A stretch of 64,000 bases of DNA from an uncultured delta proteobacterium (GTDB taxonomy: Bacteria; Myxococcota; Myxococcia; Myxococcales; Myxococcaceae). Under the pieces are notes generated by a model. It was not told the DNA's origin. It was given only the letters and a program-made list of their open reading frames with translations, and did not search any database. The translations under genes and the position numbers were made by a program. Location of the stretch: contig CAVYSY010000040.1 of NCBI GenBank assembly GCA_963771175.1, forward strand, positions 320,001 to 384,000. Direction: 5' to 3'. Below are positions 41,807 through 50,386 of this stretch, in pieces; within the stretch, counting starts at the first letter, position 1; every line of letters begins with the position of its first letter.

Positions 41807-43579
41807 GTGTGCCCCTTGTCGAAATCCAACCTGTCGCCCAGACCCGAATCCGCGCCCGAGCCTGAAGCGGATGGTTCCTCCGCGCCGCTCAGTGCGAGTG
41901 ACTTCACTGCCACGCACACGAAGATGGCCGGCTACACCGCCACCTCCCTGTCCCCGCTGCATCCCGAGGCGACCGGCACCATCGTCGCTCCTCTAGAGGC
42001 GGGTGAGTTGCCCGACGTGGCCGCCGTGCGCGGGCTCCGGCTGGATCAGATCCTCCTCTTCACCACGGGTACGCTGCTGGTGCTGGTGGTGGGGCTGCTG
42101 GCCTTCGTGGCCACCGTGTCCAGCAAGAGCCAGTTCGAGGAGACCTCCGAGCGCTTCAAGCTGCGCATCCAGGATCAGGCTCGCGAGCTGGGCCAGACGC
42201 TCAGCCACACCCTGGCCCTCACGTCGGCCACGTCCCTGCGCGACAACAACTACGCCTTCCTCGGCGAGGTGGCGCGCTCCATCATCTCCGACAACCCCAA
42301 CATCCTCCGCGTGCAGATGTACGACGCGGAGGGGTTGCTGGTGGCGGACTCGAAGGAGGACGCGAAGCTGGGCGAGTCCACCGAGCGCAAGCCGGAGCGG
42401 CGCTGGGTGAGCGCGCTGTATGGTGGCAAGCCCATCATCGAGTACCAGGAGCCCATCGACTACGGTGCCCAGATTGGCAAGGGCATGGTCGTCATCAGCT
42501 ACTCGCTGGACGCGCTGCAGACGATGCTGCACGAGCTGGAGACCACGCGCACCGAGGCGCTGCGCCGCAACACCCTCACCATGGCCGGGCTGGGCGTGGG
42601 CTTCGTGCTGCTGGCCGGCATCCTGGTGGCCTTCCAGAGCCGGCGCATCACCCGACCGCTGGGCGTGCTCACCGTCAAGGTGATGCAGCTCGCCGCCGGT
42701 GACCTGAACGCGCGCGCCGAGCCGGCCCGCGGCGCTGGACGCGAGGTGCTCACGCTCGGCGTGGTGTTCAACCACATGGCCGAGCGCATCCGCGTGCTGC
42801 TGGACGACGTGCGCGCCAAGGCGCAGCTCGAGCGCGACGTGTCGCTCGCTCGCACCGTGCAGGAGACGCTGCTGCCGGGCCGCGAGGGCTACCAGGTGGG
42901 GCCCCTGCGCATCGCCGGGCTCGTGGTCACCGCGGATGCCTGCGGCGGTGACTGGTGGACGCGCTCCGCCCTGGACGAGCGGCGCGTGGTGGTGGGCATC
43001 GGCGACGTCACCGGCCACGGTCTGGCCACCGCGCTCGTGGCCACCAGCGCCACCAGCGGTTTCGCCGCCGCGATGACGATGCGCCATCCGGAGGAGATCT
43101 CCGCCCAGGGCCTCATCTCCTCGCTCAACGTCACCCTGGCCAACATCGGCCGGGGCGAGCACCAGATGTCCAGCGCGCTGGCCGTCATGGACGTGCAGAC
43201 GGGCGTCATCGATTACGCGAGCGGCGGTCACCCCAGCCCCATCGTCTACAGCCGCTCCACGCGCCAGGTGGCCTCGCTGCCCGCGCGCGGCGCGCTGCTG
43301 GGCGCCTCGGTGAACTCGCAGTACGCCTCGCGCCAGGCGCAGCTCCGGCCGGGCGACATCATCGTCTGGTACACGGACGGCCTCACCGAGTCGCGCGACG
43401 CCGCCCAGAAGCAGTACGGGACCCAGCGCCTGGCCGCCGCCATCCAGGCCCACGCCCACCTCTCCGCCGAAGCCCTGCGGGACGCCATCCTCGCCGATGC
43501 GCGTGCCTTCAGTGCTGGCCAGCCCGCGCACGATGACATCACCGTCGTCGTCGCCGAATTCGCTCCCGCCTCCCCATGA
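41807..43579 (+). CDS. Membrane sensor PP2C (SpoIIE/RsbU-type) phosphatase: TM-periplasmic domain-TM-HAMP-PP2C
   Basis: Two TM helices, HAMP (ITRPL..L..GDL..E..L..FNHM), AR.VQETLLP, GGDWW, IGDVTGHG, SGGHP, YTDGLTE, HDDIT. Start uncertain. Confidence 0.93.
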   Translation: MCPLSKSNLSPRPESAPEPEADGSSAPLSASDFTATHTKMAGYTATSLSPLHPEATGTIVAPLEAGELPDVAAVRGLRLDQILLFTTGTLLVLVVGLLAFVATVSSKSQFEETSERFKLRIQDQARELGQTLSHTLALTSATSLRDNNYAFLGEVARSIISDNPNILRVQMYDAEGLLVADSKEDAKLGESTERKPERRWVSALYGGKPIIEYQEPIDYGAQIGKGMVVISYSLDALQTMLHELETTRTEALRRNTLTMAGLGVGFVLLAGILVAFQSRRITRPLGVLTVKVMQLAAGDLNARAEPARGAGREVLTLGVVFNHMAERIRVLLDDVRAKAQLERDVSLARTVQETLLPGREGYQVGPLRIAGLVVTADACGGDWWTRSALDERRVVVGIGDVTGHGLATALVATSATSGFAAAMTMRHPEEISAQGLISSLNVTLANIGRGEHQMSSALAVMDVQTGVIDYASGGHPSPIVYSRSTRQVASLPARGALLGASVNSQYASRQAQLRPGDIIVWYTDGLTESRDAAQKQYGTQRLAAAIQAHAHLSAEALRDAILADARAFSAGQPAHDDITVVVAEFAPASP

Positions 43580-43584
43580 GTCTC

Positions 43585-46110
43585 ATGAGACGTCCTCCTC
43601 GTCCCCTGGTGCGCCGCCTTACGGCGGCGCTGGTCCTCATCAACTCGCTGGCTGGCACGGCCTCGTTCGCCCAGTACCGCCCACCGCCCATGACCGAGTC
43701 CCAGCGGCTCGTGCGTGAGGGTGAGTCGGCCCAGGTGGACGCGAGCTCCGCGGCCACCTCCGGCGACAAGAAGCGCGCCGACGCCAAGTACCGCAAGGCC
43801 CTGGAGCTCTTCGGCAAGGCGCTCGCCGAGGAGCCCGGCTCCGTCGAGGCCGCCGCCGGCCTCGGCGCGGTGGGCGTCGCGCTGCAGGAGCACGCCCTCG
43901 TGGTGGAGAAGGTGGGCCCCGTGTACGCCGCCCACCAGGACTCGCTCGACCTGGCCTACCCGCTGGGCATCTCGCTCTTCAAGCTGCGCCGCTATGACGA
44001 GGCGGTGCCGGTGATGCAGCAGGTGTCCGCCGCCAACAAGCCCGAGCACCTGCTCGTCCACTACTACCTGGGCAACTACTACGTCCTGGGCTCCGCGAGC
44101 GGCGACGAGGCCGTGGTCGAGCTGCAGACGTACCTGGCGCAGCGCCCGGACAAGATCGCCGCCAACGACTACCAGATCCACGAGCTGCTCGGCCGCGCCC
44201 ACCTGATGCGCGGTGACGCGGCGGCGGCGCGGCTCTCCTTCGAGCGCGCCCAGGCGGGCCGCACGGAGTCCGTCTCCATCCAGATGGGCCTGGCCCTGGT
44301 GCTGGAGATGGAGGAGCGGATGGGCGAGGCCATGGCCCTGCTCTCGGGCCTCACCGTGCGCTTCCCCAATGTGCCCGAGGCGAAGGAGCGCCTGGGTCGG
44401 CTGCTGCTGGCCTCGTCGGATCTGCCGGGCGCCGAGGCGCAGGCGCTGGCCCAGGTGAAGCTGGGCAGCACGCCCACCGCGCACATGCTGCTGGGTGACG
44501 TGCGCATGGCCCAGGGCCGTGCCGCCGACGCCGAGGCCGAGTACCGCAAGGTGCTGGAGCTGGCCCCGGGCGACGTGGCCGCGCAGATGGCCGTGGGCCT
44601 CGCGCTGCAGAAGCAGAACCGCAACGAGGAGGCCATTTCCTTCCTGGATGCCGCCGTGCAGTCCGGCGCCGACAGCCTGGAGCTGTGGGCCGCACTCGGC
44701 TCGGCGAACCGCCGCGCCGGCCGCTACCAGCGCGCCGTCGAGGTGCACCGCCGCGTGGTGGAGATGGCGCCCAATCTGGCCTACGGCCACCTGCTGCTCG
44801 GCGCGGACCACTTCGTCACGGGCCAGTGGGACCAGGCCATTGACGACTACGGCAACGCGCTCAAGGCCGAGCCCGAGCACGCCGAGGCCAGCAAGTGGCT
44901 GGCCCGCGCGTTGGCCTTCCGCGCGAGGGAGCGCGCCGGGGCGAACCGGATGGATGACGCCGTGCGCGACCTGCGTCGCGCCTTCGACCTGGAGCGCGAC
45001 GCGGCCATGGCCCGCCGGTTGGGCGCGGCCCTGCTGGAGCAGGGGGCCCACGCCGAGGCCCGCATGGTGCTGGAGCAGGGCGTGAAGTTGCCGGACGTCA
45101 CCTGGCGCGAGCACCTGCTGCTGGGTTACGCGCGGCTGGGCTCGGGCAATGCGCAGGAGGCCCTCGCGGCCTTCGAGCAGGCCGGGCAGATGGCCCCGGA
45201 CGTGGCCTCGCTGTCGGACGTGGCGGCGGGCACCGCGCTGGCGGAGATGGAGCTGGGCCGCACGGACGAGGCGCTCAAGCGGCTGGCCGAGCCGGGCAAT
45301 TCCAAGCGCGCCATCCAGGTGACCAAGGCCAACCTCTCGCGCGCGCACCTGCGCCGGGCCTTCTCCCGCCTGGAGTCCGGTGACGCCGCGGGCGCCCGCC
45401 AGGACGTGGAAGCCTCCGAGCGTGCCGGCATCAACTCGCAGGCCGAGCTGGGCCGCCTGGCGCAGTTCGCCAAGGCGCTCGTGCAGGTCGAGGAGGGGCG
45501 CTTCGCGGACGCCAGCGCGGGCCTCAAGCGCGCGCTCAGCCCGACCCCAGCGTGGAGCCGGCCCAACACCCGCCAGCTCGCCGACGCCTACGTCTTCTAC
45601 CGCCGCGACATGATGCCCCATGCGCGCAGGCTGCTGACGACGGCCGCCAAGCGCTCCATCCCGGAGCAGTCGCAGTGGCAGAACGCCCTCACCAGCGCCC
45701 TCCACCGCCGCGAGGCCGAGCGCGCGTACAACTCCGGCAACATGCGGGCGGCGGAGAAGGCCCTCAAGGCCGCGCTGGCCCTCGCGCCGGACAGCGCCGC
45801 CCTGCAGCACAACCTCGCTTGCGTGGCCTACCGCGGCGGCAAGTCCGCCGACGCCGTGGCCACCTGGAAGCGGCTGGAGGGCGCCGTCCCCCAGGCCACG
45901 CTCAACCTCGGCATCGACGCCCAGGAGCGCCGTCGCAGCGTGGGCGAAGCCGTGGATGCCTACCGCCGCTACGTCGCCACCGGCGGCCCGCGTGCGGCCG
46001 TCGTGCGCGAGTGGAAGGAGCGGCTCCAGATGCTCTACGGCTTGTCCGACCCCGCCCCCACTTCCAACCCCGAGCCCTCCAGCGCCACCGCTTCGGACAC
46101 CACGCCATGA
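43585..46110 (+). CDS. Large secreted TPR-repeat protein
   Basis: Signal peptide ending ASFA-Q; many TPR-like units (AHMLLGDV..AEAEYRKVLELAP, ELWAALG, ALQHNLACV). Confidence 0.9.
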   Translation: MRRPPRPLVRRLTAALVLINSLAGTASFAQYRPPPMTESQRLVREGESAQVDASSAATSGDKKRADAKYRKALELFGKALAEEPGSVEAAAGLGAVGVALQEHALVVEKVGPVYAAHQDSLDLAYPLGISLFKLRRYDEAVPVMQQVSAANKPEHLLVHYYLGNYYVLGSASGDEAVVELQTYLAQRPDKIAANDYQIHELLGRAHLMRGDAAAARLSFERAQAGRTESVSIQMGLALVLEMEERMGEAMALLSGLTVRFPNVPEAKERLGRLLLASSDLPGAEAQALAQVKLGSTPTAHMLLGDVRMAQGRAADAEAEYRKVLELAPGDVAAQMAVGLALQKQNRNEEAISFLDAAVQSGADSLELWAALGSANRRAGRYQRAVEVHRRVVEMAPNLAYGHLLLGADHFVTGQWDQAIDDYGNALKAEPEHAEASKWLARALAFRARERAGANRMDDAVRDLRRAFDLERDAAMARRLGAALLEQGAHAEARMVLEQGVKLPDVTWREHLLLGYARLGSGNAQEALAAFEQAGQMAPDVASLSDVAAGTALAEMELGRTDEALKRLAEPGNSKRAIQVTKANLSRAHLRRAFSRLESGDAAGARQDVEASERAGINSQAELGRLAQFAKALVQVEEGRFADASAGLKRALSPTPAWSRPNTRQLADAYVFYRRDMMPHARRLLTTAAKRSIPEQSQWQNALTSALHRREAERAYNSGNMRAAEKALKAALALAPDSAALQHNLACVAYRGGKSADAVATWKRLEGAVPQATLNLGIDAQERRRSVGEAVDAYRRYVATGGPRAAVVREWKERLQMLYGLSDPAPTSNPEPSSATASDTTP

Positions 46111-47015
46111 AATTCCTTCGCTCGCTCATCCTGGGTCTCGCGCTCGTCGGCGCGGGGGCTCCTGTTGCTGGCGCGGCCCCCAAGAAGGCCACCCTGGGCG
46201 TCTTCCTGCCCACCACCCTCAACGAGGGCCAGCAGCGCTTCCAGTACGCCGAGGCGCTCGCCGAGAAGCTGTCCACGGCGACCGGCCGGCCCACGGCGGC
46301 CAAGAGCTTCGCCCGCTACGAGGACTTCTCGAAGGCCGTCTCCGAGGGCATCGTCGACTTCGCCGTCGTGGACTCCTGGGCGGCCGTGCAGCTCGGCAAC
46401 AAGGCCACCCCGGTGGCGCTCGCGCAGCTGTCCGGTGAGACGTCCCAGCGCTGGGCCATCGTCTCCACCTCGAAGAGCTCGGTGAAGGAGCTGGCCGGCG
46501 CGCGACTCGCCATCGTCAAGGGCGCGGGCGCGACGGATCCCAAGTTCGTCACCAACGTGGTGCTGGCCGGTGACCTGGACGCCAAGAAGCACTTCAAGCT
46601 CACCTCCGTGCCCAACGTGGAGTCCGCCCTCAAGATGCTGGAGGCCAAGGGCGCCGAGGCGGCCCTGGTGCCGCTGACGCACGTGCCGCAGGGCGTCAAG
46701 GTGCTCTACCGCAGCAGCAAGGTGCCGGGCGCCGTGCTCATGGGCATGCGCGGGGATGCGGATGACCTGAAGGAGAACCTGAAGAAGCTCGATGCGGTGG
46801 CCCCCTTCGGGGCCTTCGTCGCCGTGCAGGGCAAGGAGCTGGAGGACTTCGGCAAGCTGCTCCAGCGCGGCCCGCCCCGCCGTCAGCCAATGTTGGTGGA
46901 ATCCGGTTCGCTCAAAGTGGAGACGAAGGCCTTCCTCGATCCCCAGTCGCTCCAGCCCGTTCTGCCCTCCTTCGCCGATGCCCTGGATGTGTCCGCGGAA
47001 CAGCCGGATGACTGA
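46107..47015 (+). CDS. Periplasmic binding-protein-like (PhnD/phosphonate-bd fold) protein
   Basis: Signal peptide, YEDFSKAVSEGIVDFAVV, SVKELAGARLAI, GAEAALV pattern of type 2 periplasmic binding proteins; ATGA overlap with TPR gene. Confidence 0.7.
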   Translation: MKFLRSLILGLALVGAGAPVAGAAPKKATLGVFLPTTLNEGQQRFQYAEALAEKLSTATGRPTAAKSFARYEDFSKAVSEGIVDFAVVDSWAAVQLGNKATPVALAQLSGETSQRWAIVSTSKSSVKELAGARLAIVKGAGATDPKFVTNVVLAGDLDAKKHFKLTSVPNVESALKMLEAKGAEAALVPLTHVPQGVKVLYRSSKVPGAVLMGMRGDADDLKENLKKLDAVAPFGAFVAVQGKELEDFGKLLQRGPPRRQPMLVESGSLKVETKAFLDPQSLQPVLPSFADALDVSAEQPDD

Positions 47016-47186
47016 CGGGGTAGGGGGCGCGACTCCTGCTTCATGAAGAGATAGAGTAGTTACAATTCAACAACCCGGGCGTGAGGGACCGTCCGCCAAT
47101 CCTGGCGGCGGAGGCGTGTTGCGGCGGGCAACCACCGGACACGGACTCGAGCGGCTCTCACCCAATTCGTGGGACGTCAGAGAACG

Positions 47187-49508
47187 ATGCACTCGACTCG
47201 AATCGGTTGGCTGCGGAGCAAGGCTCTCTTGGGGCTGATGTGCGGCGTGGTCGCCGGGAGCGCCGCCGCGCAGACGAAGTCCTCCCCGTCGGCCTCATCG
47301 CGGGCCGCCGTCAAGGGAGCCTCGAAGGAGGAGCAGGTCGCCGCGGCGGAGCCGATGACGGATTCTCCGCGCGCGCCCAAGGGGCAGAAGTCGAAGCTGC
47401 CGATGCCGACGCGTGGCGCGGCCCTGCCCGATGCGGCTCCGCCCAGCAACGTGCCGCAGCGCTCGCCCTTCACTGGCCCGGTCAGCACGCGCGCCCTGCC
47501 TCCGCCCTCGAGCCTCGCCGGCCTGGACATCCCGGAGCCGGTCGCCGCCCAGGAGGGGGGCGCCTCCCTCGAGGAGTCCGTGCAGCAGCTCCTGAGCGAG
47601 GTCATGGTCTCCACCGCGTCCAAGCGCAACCAGCGCATCGTGGACGTGCCGATGACGGTGTCCTGGATTTCCGCCGAGGAGCTGGAGGGCACCGGCCAGT
47701 TCACCCTGTGTGAGGCCATCCAGTACTTCCCCGGCATGGAGTGCCGTCGCGGCTCCATGCGCAAGGCGGCGGTGAGCGCGCGCGGCCTGGGCTCCAACTA
47801 CCTGTCCAACCGGCTCCTGCTGCTCAAGGATGGCCGGCCGCTGACGGACCCCTGGACGGGTCAGTTCTACGCGGACGAGACCACGCCGCTGAGCAACCTC
47901 AAGCAGGTGGAAGTCATCCGCGGCCCGGGTTCCTCGCTGTACGGCTCCAACGCCTTCAGCGGCGTCATCAACATCATCGAGCGCCAGCCGTCGGACCTGA
48001 TGAAGGATGGGCGTGACTGGGGCGTGGACGCGCGCCTGCTGGCCGGCCAGAACAGGACCTGGCGGGCGCAGGCCACCGCGGCGGGTCGCGGCGGCCCGGT
48101 GGAGGCGCTGGTCAGCTACTACGGCCTGAGCTCGGACGGCCCGCAGCTCTTCAACGACCCGCAGAAGGGCATCACGGACAAGAACGAGGACTCGCTGGTG
48201 CACCAGGTGAGCGGCAAGGTGCGCGTGAAGAGCGTGTCGCTGGACGCCGACTTCACCAGCGCGGAGATCGGCCGGCCGGGTGGCAAGCAGATCACCACCA
48301 CCGGCAACTGCGGCCGCTGCCACTACACGCCCAACGACGTGGAGCGCGTGCAGAACCTCAACGCGAGCGCGCAGGTGGACCAGCAGGTGACGGACAACCT
48401 GCGGGTGTTCGCCCAGGGCTATGCCTTCTTCAAGCGCCGCACGGTGGATCAGGAGAACATGATCACCGGCGACCTCCAGGCCGCGCTCGGCAAGCGCCGC
48501 CGGCTGGGGGCCGAGGCCCGCGCGCTGCTCTCCCTGGGGGACCTCTCCGTCACCTTCGGCGGTGACTTCAAGAACGACCTGGTCAACAACCAGAACGTCC
48601 TGTCCGGCCTGACCGCGGACGACACCACCCAGGACATCCTCGGTGGCTTCGTGGACGCGGAGTACCGGCCCTTCAGCAAGCTGGTGCTCGGCGCGGGTGC
48701 CCGCTACGACCGGTACATCATCCCGGAGAAGGTCTGGGCCATGCGCACGGACCAGCTCTCCCCGCGCGCCAGCGTGGTGTTCCACGCGCTGCCCGCGCTC
48801 ACCCTGCGCGCCAACTACGGCCGCGCCTTCCGCGCGCCCACGCTCGCGGAGCTGGCCATCAACCAGCAGATGTACGGTGCCACGCTGCTCGGCAGCCCGA
48901 ACCTGCGCGCGGAGACGCTGGACACGGTCGAGGCCTCGGTGGACTTCTGGCCGTTCGACCGCAAGGTCCGCATGACGGGCACGGGCTTCATCAACTACGC
49001 GAAGAACTTCATCAACCAGGAGTACCTCTTCGGCTCCACGTCGCAGTTCAAGAACATCGGCAACGCGCAGGTGCGCGGCTTCGAGCTGGAGGCGGCGGCA
49101 CAGGTGGCCGCCATCAACTCCTCGTTCGACGTGGCCTACCAGTTCCTGGATGCGCGCGCGCTGGCCTTCGATGGCAGCACGTCGGGGCCGCTGGACTACG
49201 CGCCCAAGCACCGCATCTACGCACGCGGCCGGACGAACTTCGGCAAGGTCGCCTTCGCCGAGGTGTACGGCCTGTTCGTGGGTGAGCGCTTCGATCCGGG
49301 CTTCCAGGTGGACTCCACCACCGGCGAGGCCAAGCGCGTGTCGCTGCCCAGCTACGTCACCGCCACCGCGCGCGTGGGAGCCAACATCACCGAGGGCCTG
49401 TCGGTCTCGCTGCTCGGCTCCAACCTCTTCAATGCGCAGTACGAGGAGTCCCACGGCTTCCCGGCCCCCCCGCTGAGCGTCTTCAGCGAGATCAAGTACC
49501 AGTACTGA
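47187..49508 (+). CDS. TonB-dependent receptor
   Basis: Signal peptide, VSTASK, ISAEEL, LLLKDGRP, QVEVIRGPGSSLYGSNAFSGVINII plug motif, GRAFRAPT, NLFNAQY, C-terminal IKYQY. Confidence 0.95.
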   Translation: MHSTRIGWLRSKALLGLMCGVVAGSAAAQTKSSPSASSRAAVKGASKEEQVAAAEPMTDSPRAPKGQKSKLPMPTRGAALPDAAPPSNVPQRSPFTGPVSTRALPPPSSLAGLDIPEPVAAQEGGASLEESVQQLLSEVMVSTASKRNQRIVDVPMTVSWISAEELEGTGQFTLCEAIQYFPGMECRRGSMRKAAVSARGLGSNYLSNRLLLLKDGRPLTDPWTGQFYADETTPLSNLKQVEVIRGPGSSLYGSNAFSGVINIIERQPSDLMKDGRDWGVDARLLAGQNRTWRAQATAAGRGGPVEALVSYYGLSSDGPQLFNDPQKGITDKNEDSLVHQVSGKVRVKSVSLDADFTSAEIGRPGGKQITTTGNCGRCHYTPNDVERVQNLNASAQVDQQVTDNLRVFAQGYAFFKRRTVDQENMITGDLQAALGKRRRLGAEARALLSLGDLSVTFGGDFKNDLVNNQNVLSGLTADDTTQDILGGFVDAEYRPFSKLVLGAGARYDRYIIPEKVWAMRTDQLSPRASVVFHALPALTLRANYGRAFRAPTLAELAINQQMYGATLLGSPNLRAETLDTVEASVDFWPFDRKVRMTGTGFINYAKNFINQEYLFGSTSQFKNIGNAQVRGFELEAAAQVAAINSSFDVAYQFLDARALAFDGSTSGPLDYAPKHRIYARGRTNFGKVAFAEVYGLFVGERFDPGFQVDSTTGEAKRVSLPSYVTATARVGANITEGLSVSLLGSNLFNAQYEESHGFPAPPLSVFSEIKYQY

Positions 49509-49517
49509 GTCGTTCCC

Positions 49518-50375
49518 TTGAGATTCGCCCTACACCCGGAGGCCGCCCCCGGCCTCCAACTCATCGCAGATGTCTCCCTGGCTCCCGCCGTGCTGGAGCA
49601 GGCCGCGCCCGCGCTCGTGCGCAGCGGTCTGCCCCTGGTGTCGGGGGCGGGGAGCTCGCGTGTCCCGGCGCGCGAGTTGGTACTTTTCGACGGTCGCCTG
49701 GGTCCGTCCCACGCCGCCCTGCTGGAGCGGGACCCTCCGGCCCTGCTGCTGGCCACTCGTGAGGCGGGGGGCACCCCGTCCGAGTGGGAGGCTCGGGTGC
49801 TGGCCTCGCTCGTGCGGGGCGAGTCGCTGCTGCCCCCGGACGCGGCGGGGGCGAAGCTGTGGCTCGAGCGGGTGGCTGATCTCAAGGTCGCCTCATCCGA
49901 GGTGGCCGCGCTGGTGGAGTCTTCCGGGGGCAGCCGGAGCGCGGCGAACCTCGCGGCCGACGTGATGCACGAGCTGGCGGCCAACGCGCTGCTGGACGCG
50001 CCGGCGGATGCCCAGGGCACGCCGTACTACGCCCACCAGCGCGATTCGGTGGTGGCCGTGGCCCCCGAGCACGTCTGCCAGGTGTCGATGGCGGTGGGGG
50101 AGGGCGGCATCTACCTGGAGGCGGTGGATCTCTTCGGGCGGTTGACGCCGGAGCCCATCGCGAGGGCGGTCTCCTCGCTGGGCGGGCGAGCGCAAGTGAA
50201 CGCTTCCGGGGGTGGGGCGGGGCTGGGAATGCGCCGCATCCTGGAGCACTGTGATCTGATAGCCGTACGCGTGGTGCCCGGGAAGGAAACCCGGATGCTG
50301 GGCGTGGTCGGTTTCGGGGAGGCGCGACGCCGCGCCGCGTTCCCCAAGTCGTTGCTGTACTTCAAGTCGGAATGA
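49518..50375 (+). CDS. Stand-alone HATPase-like protein (RsbW/SpoIIAB-like candidate)
   Basis: HELAANALLDAP (N box), VDLFGRL (G1), GGGAGLGM (G2); no HisKA H-box seen. Start uncertain. Confidence 0.65.
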   Translation: MRFALHPEAAPGLQLIADVSLAPAVLEQAAPALVRSGLPLVSGAGSSRVPARELVLFDGRLGPSHAALLERDPPALLLATREAGGTPSEWEARVLASLVRGESLLPPDAAGAKLWLERVADLKVASSEVAALVESSGGSRSAANLAADVMHELAANALLDAPADAQGTPYYAHQRDSVVAVAPEHVCQVSMAVGEGGIYLEAVDLFGRLTPEPIARAVSSLGGRAQVNASGGGAGLGMRRILEHCDLIAVRVVPGKETRMLGVVGFGEARRRAAFPKSLLYFKSE

Positions 50376-50386
50376 GGAGCGGGACC

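Noticed and set aside
46107..49508. Phosphonate or iron uptake operon
   Set aside because: No permease, ABC ATPase or tonB/exb genes and no recognisable Fur/Pho box; flanked by signalling enzymes.
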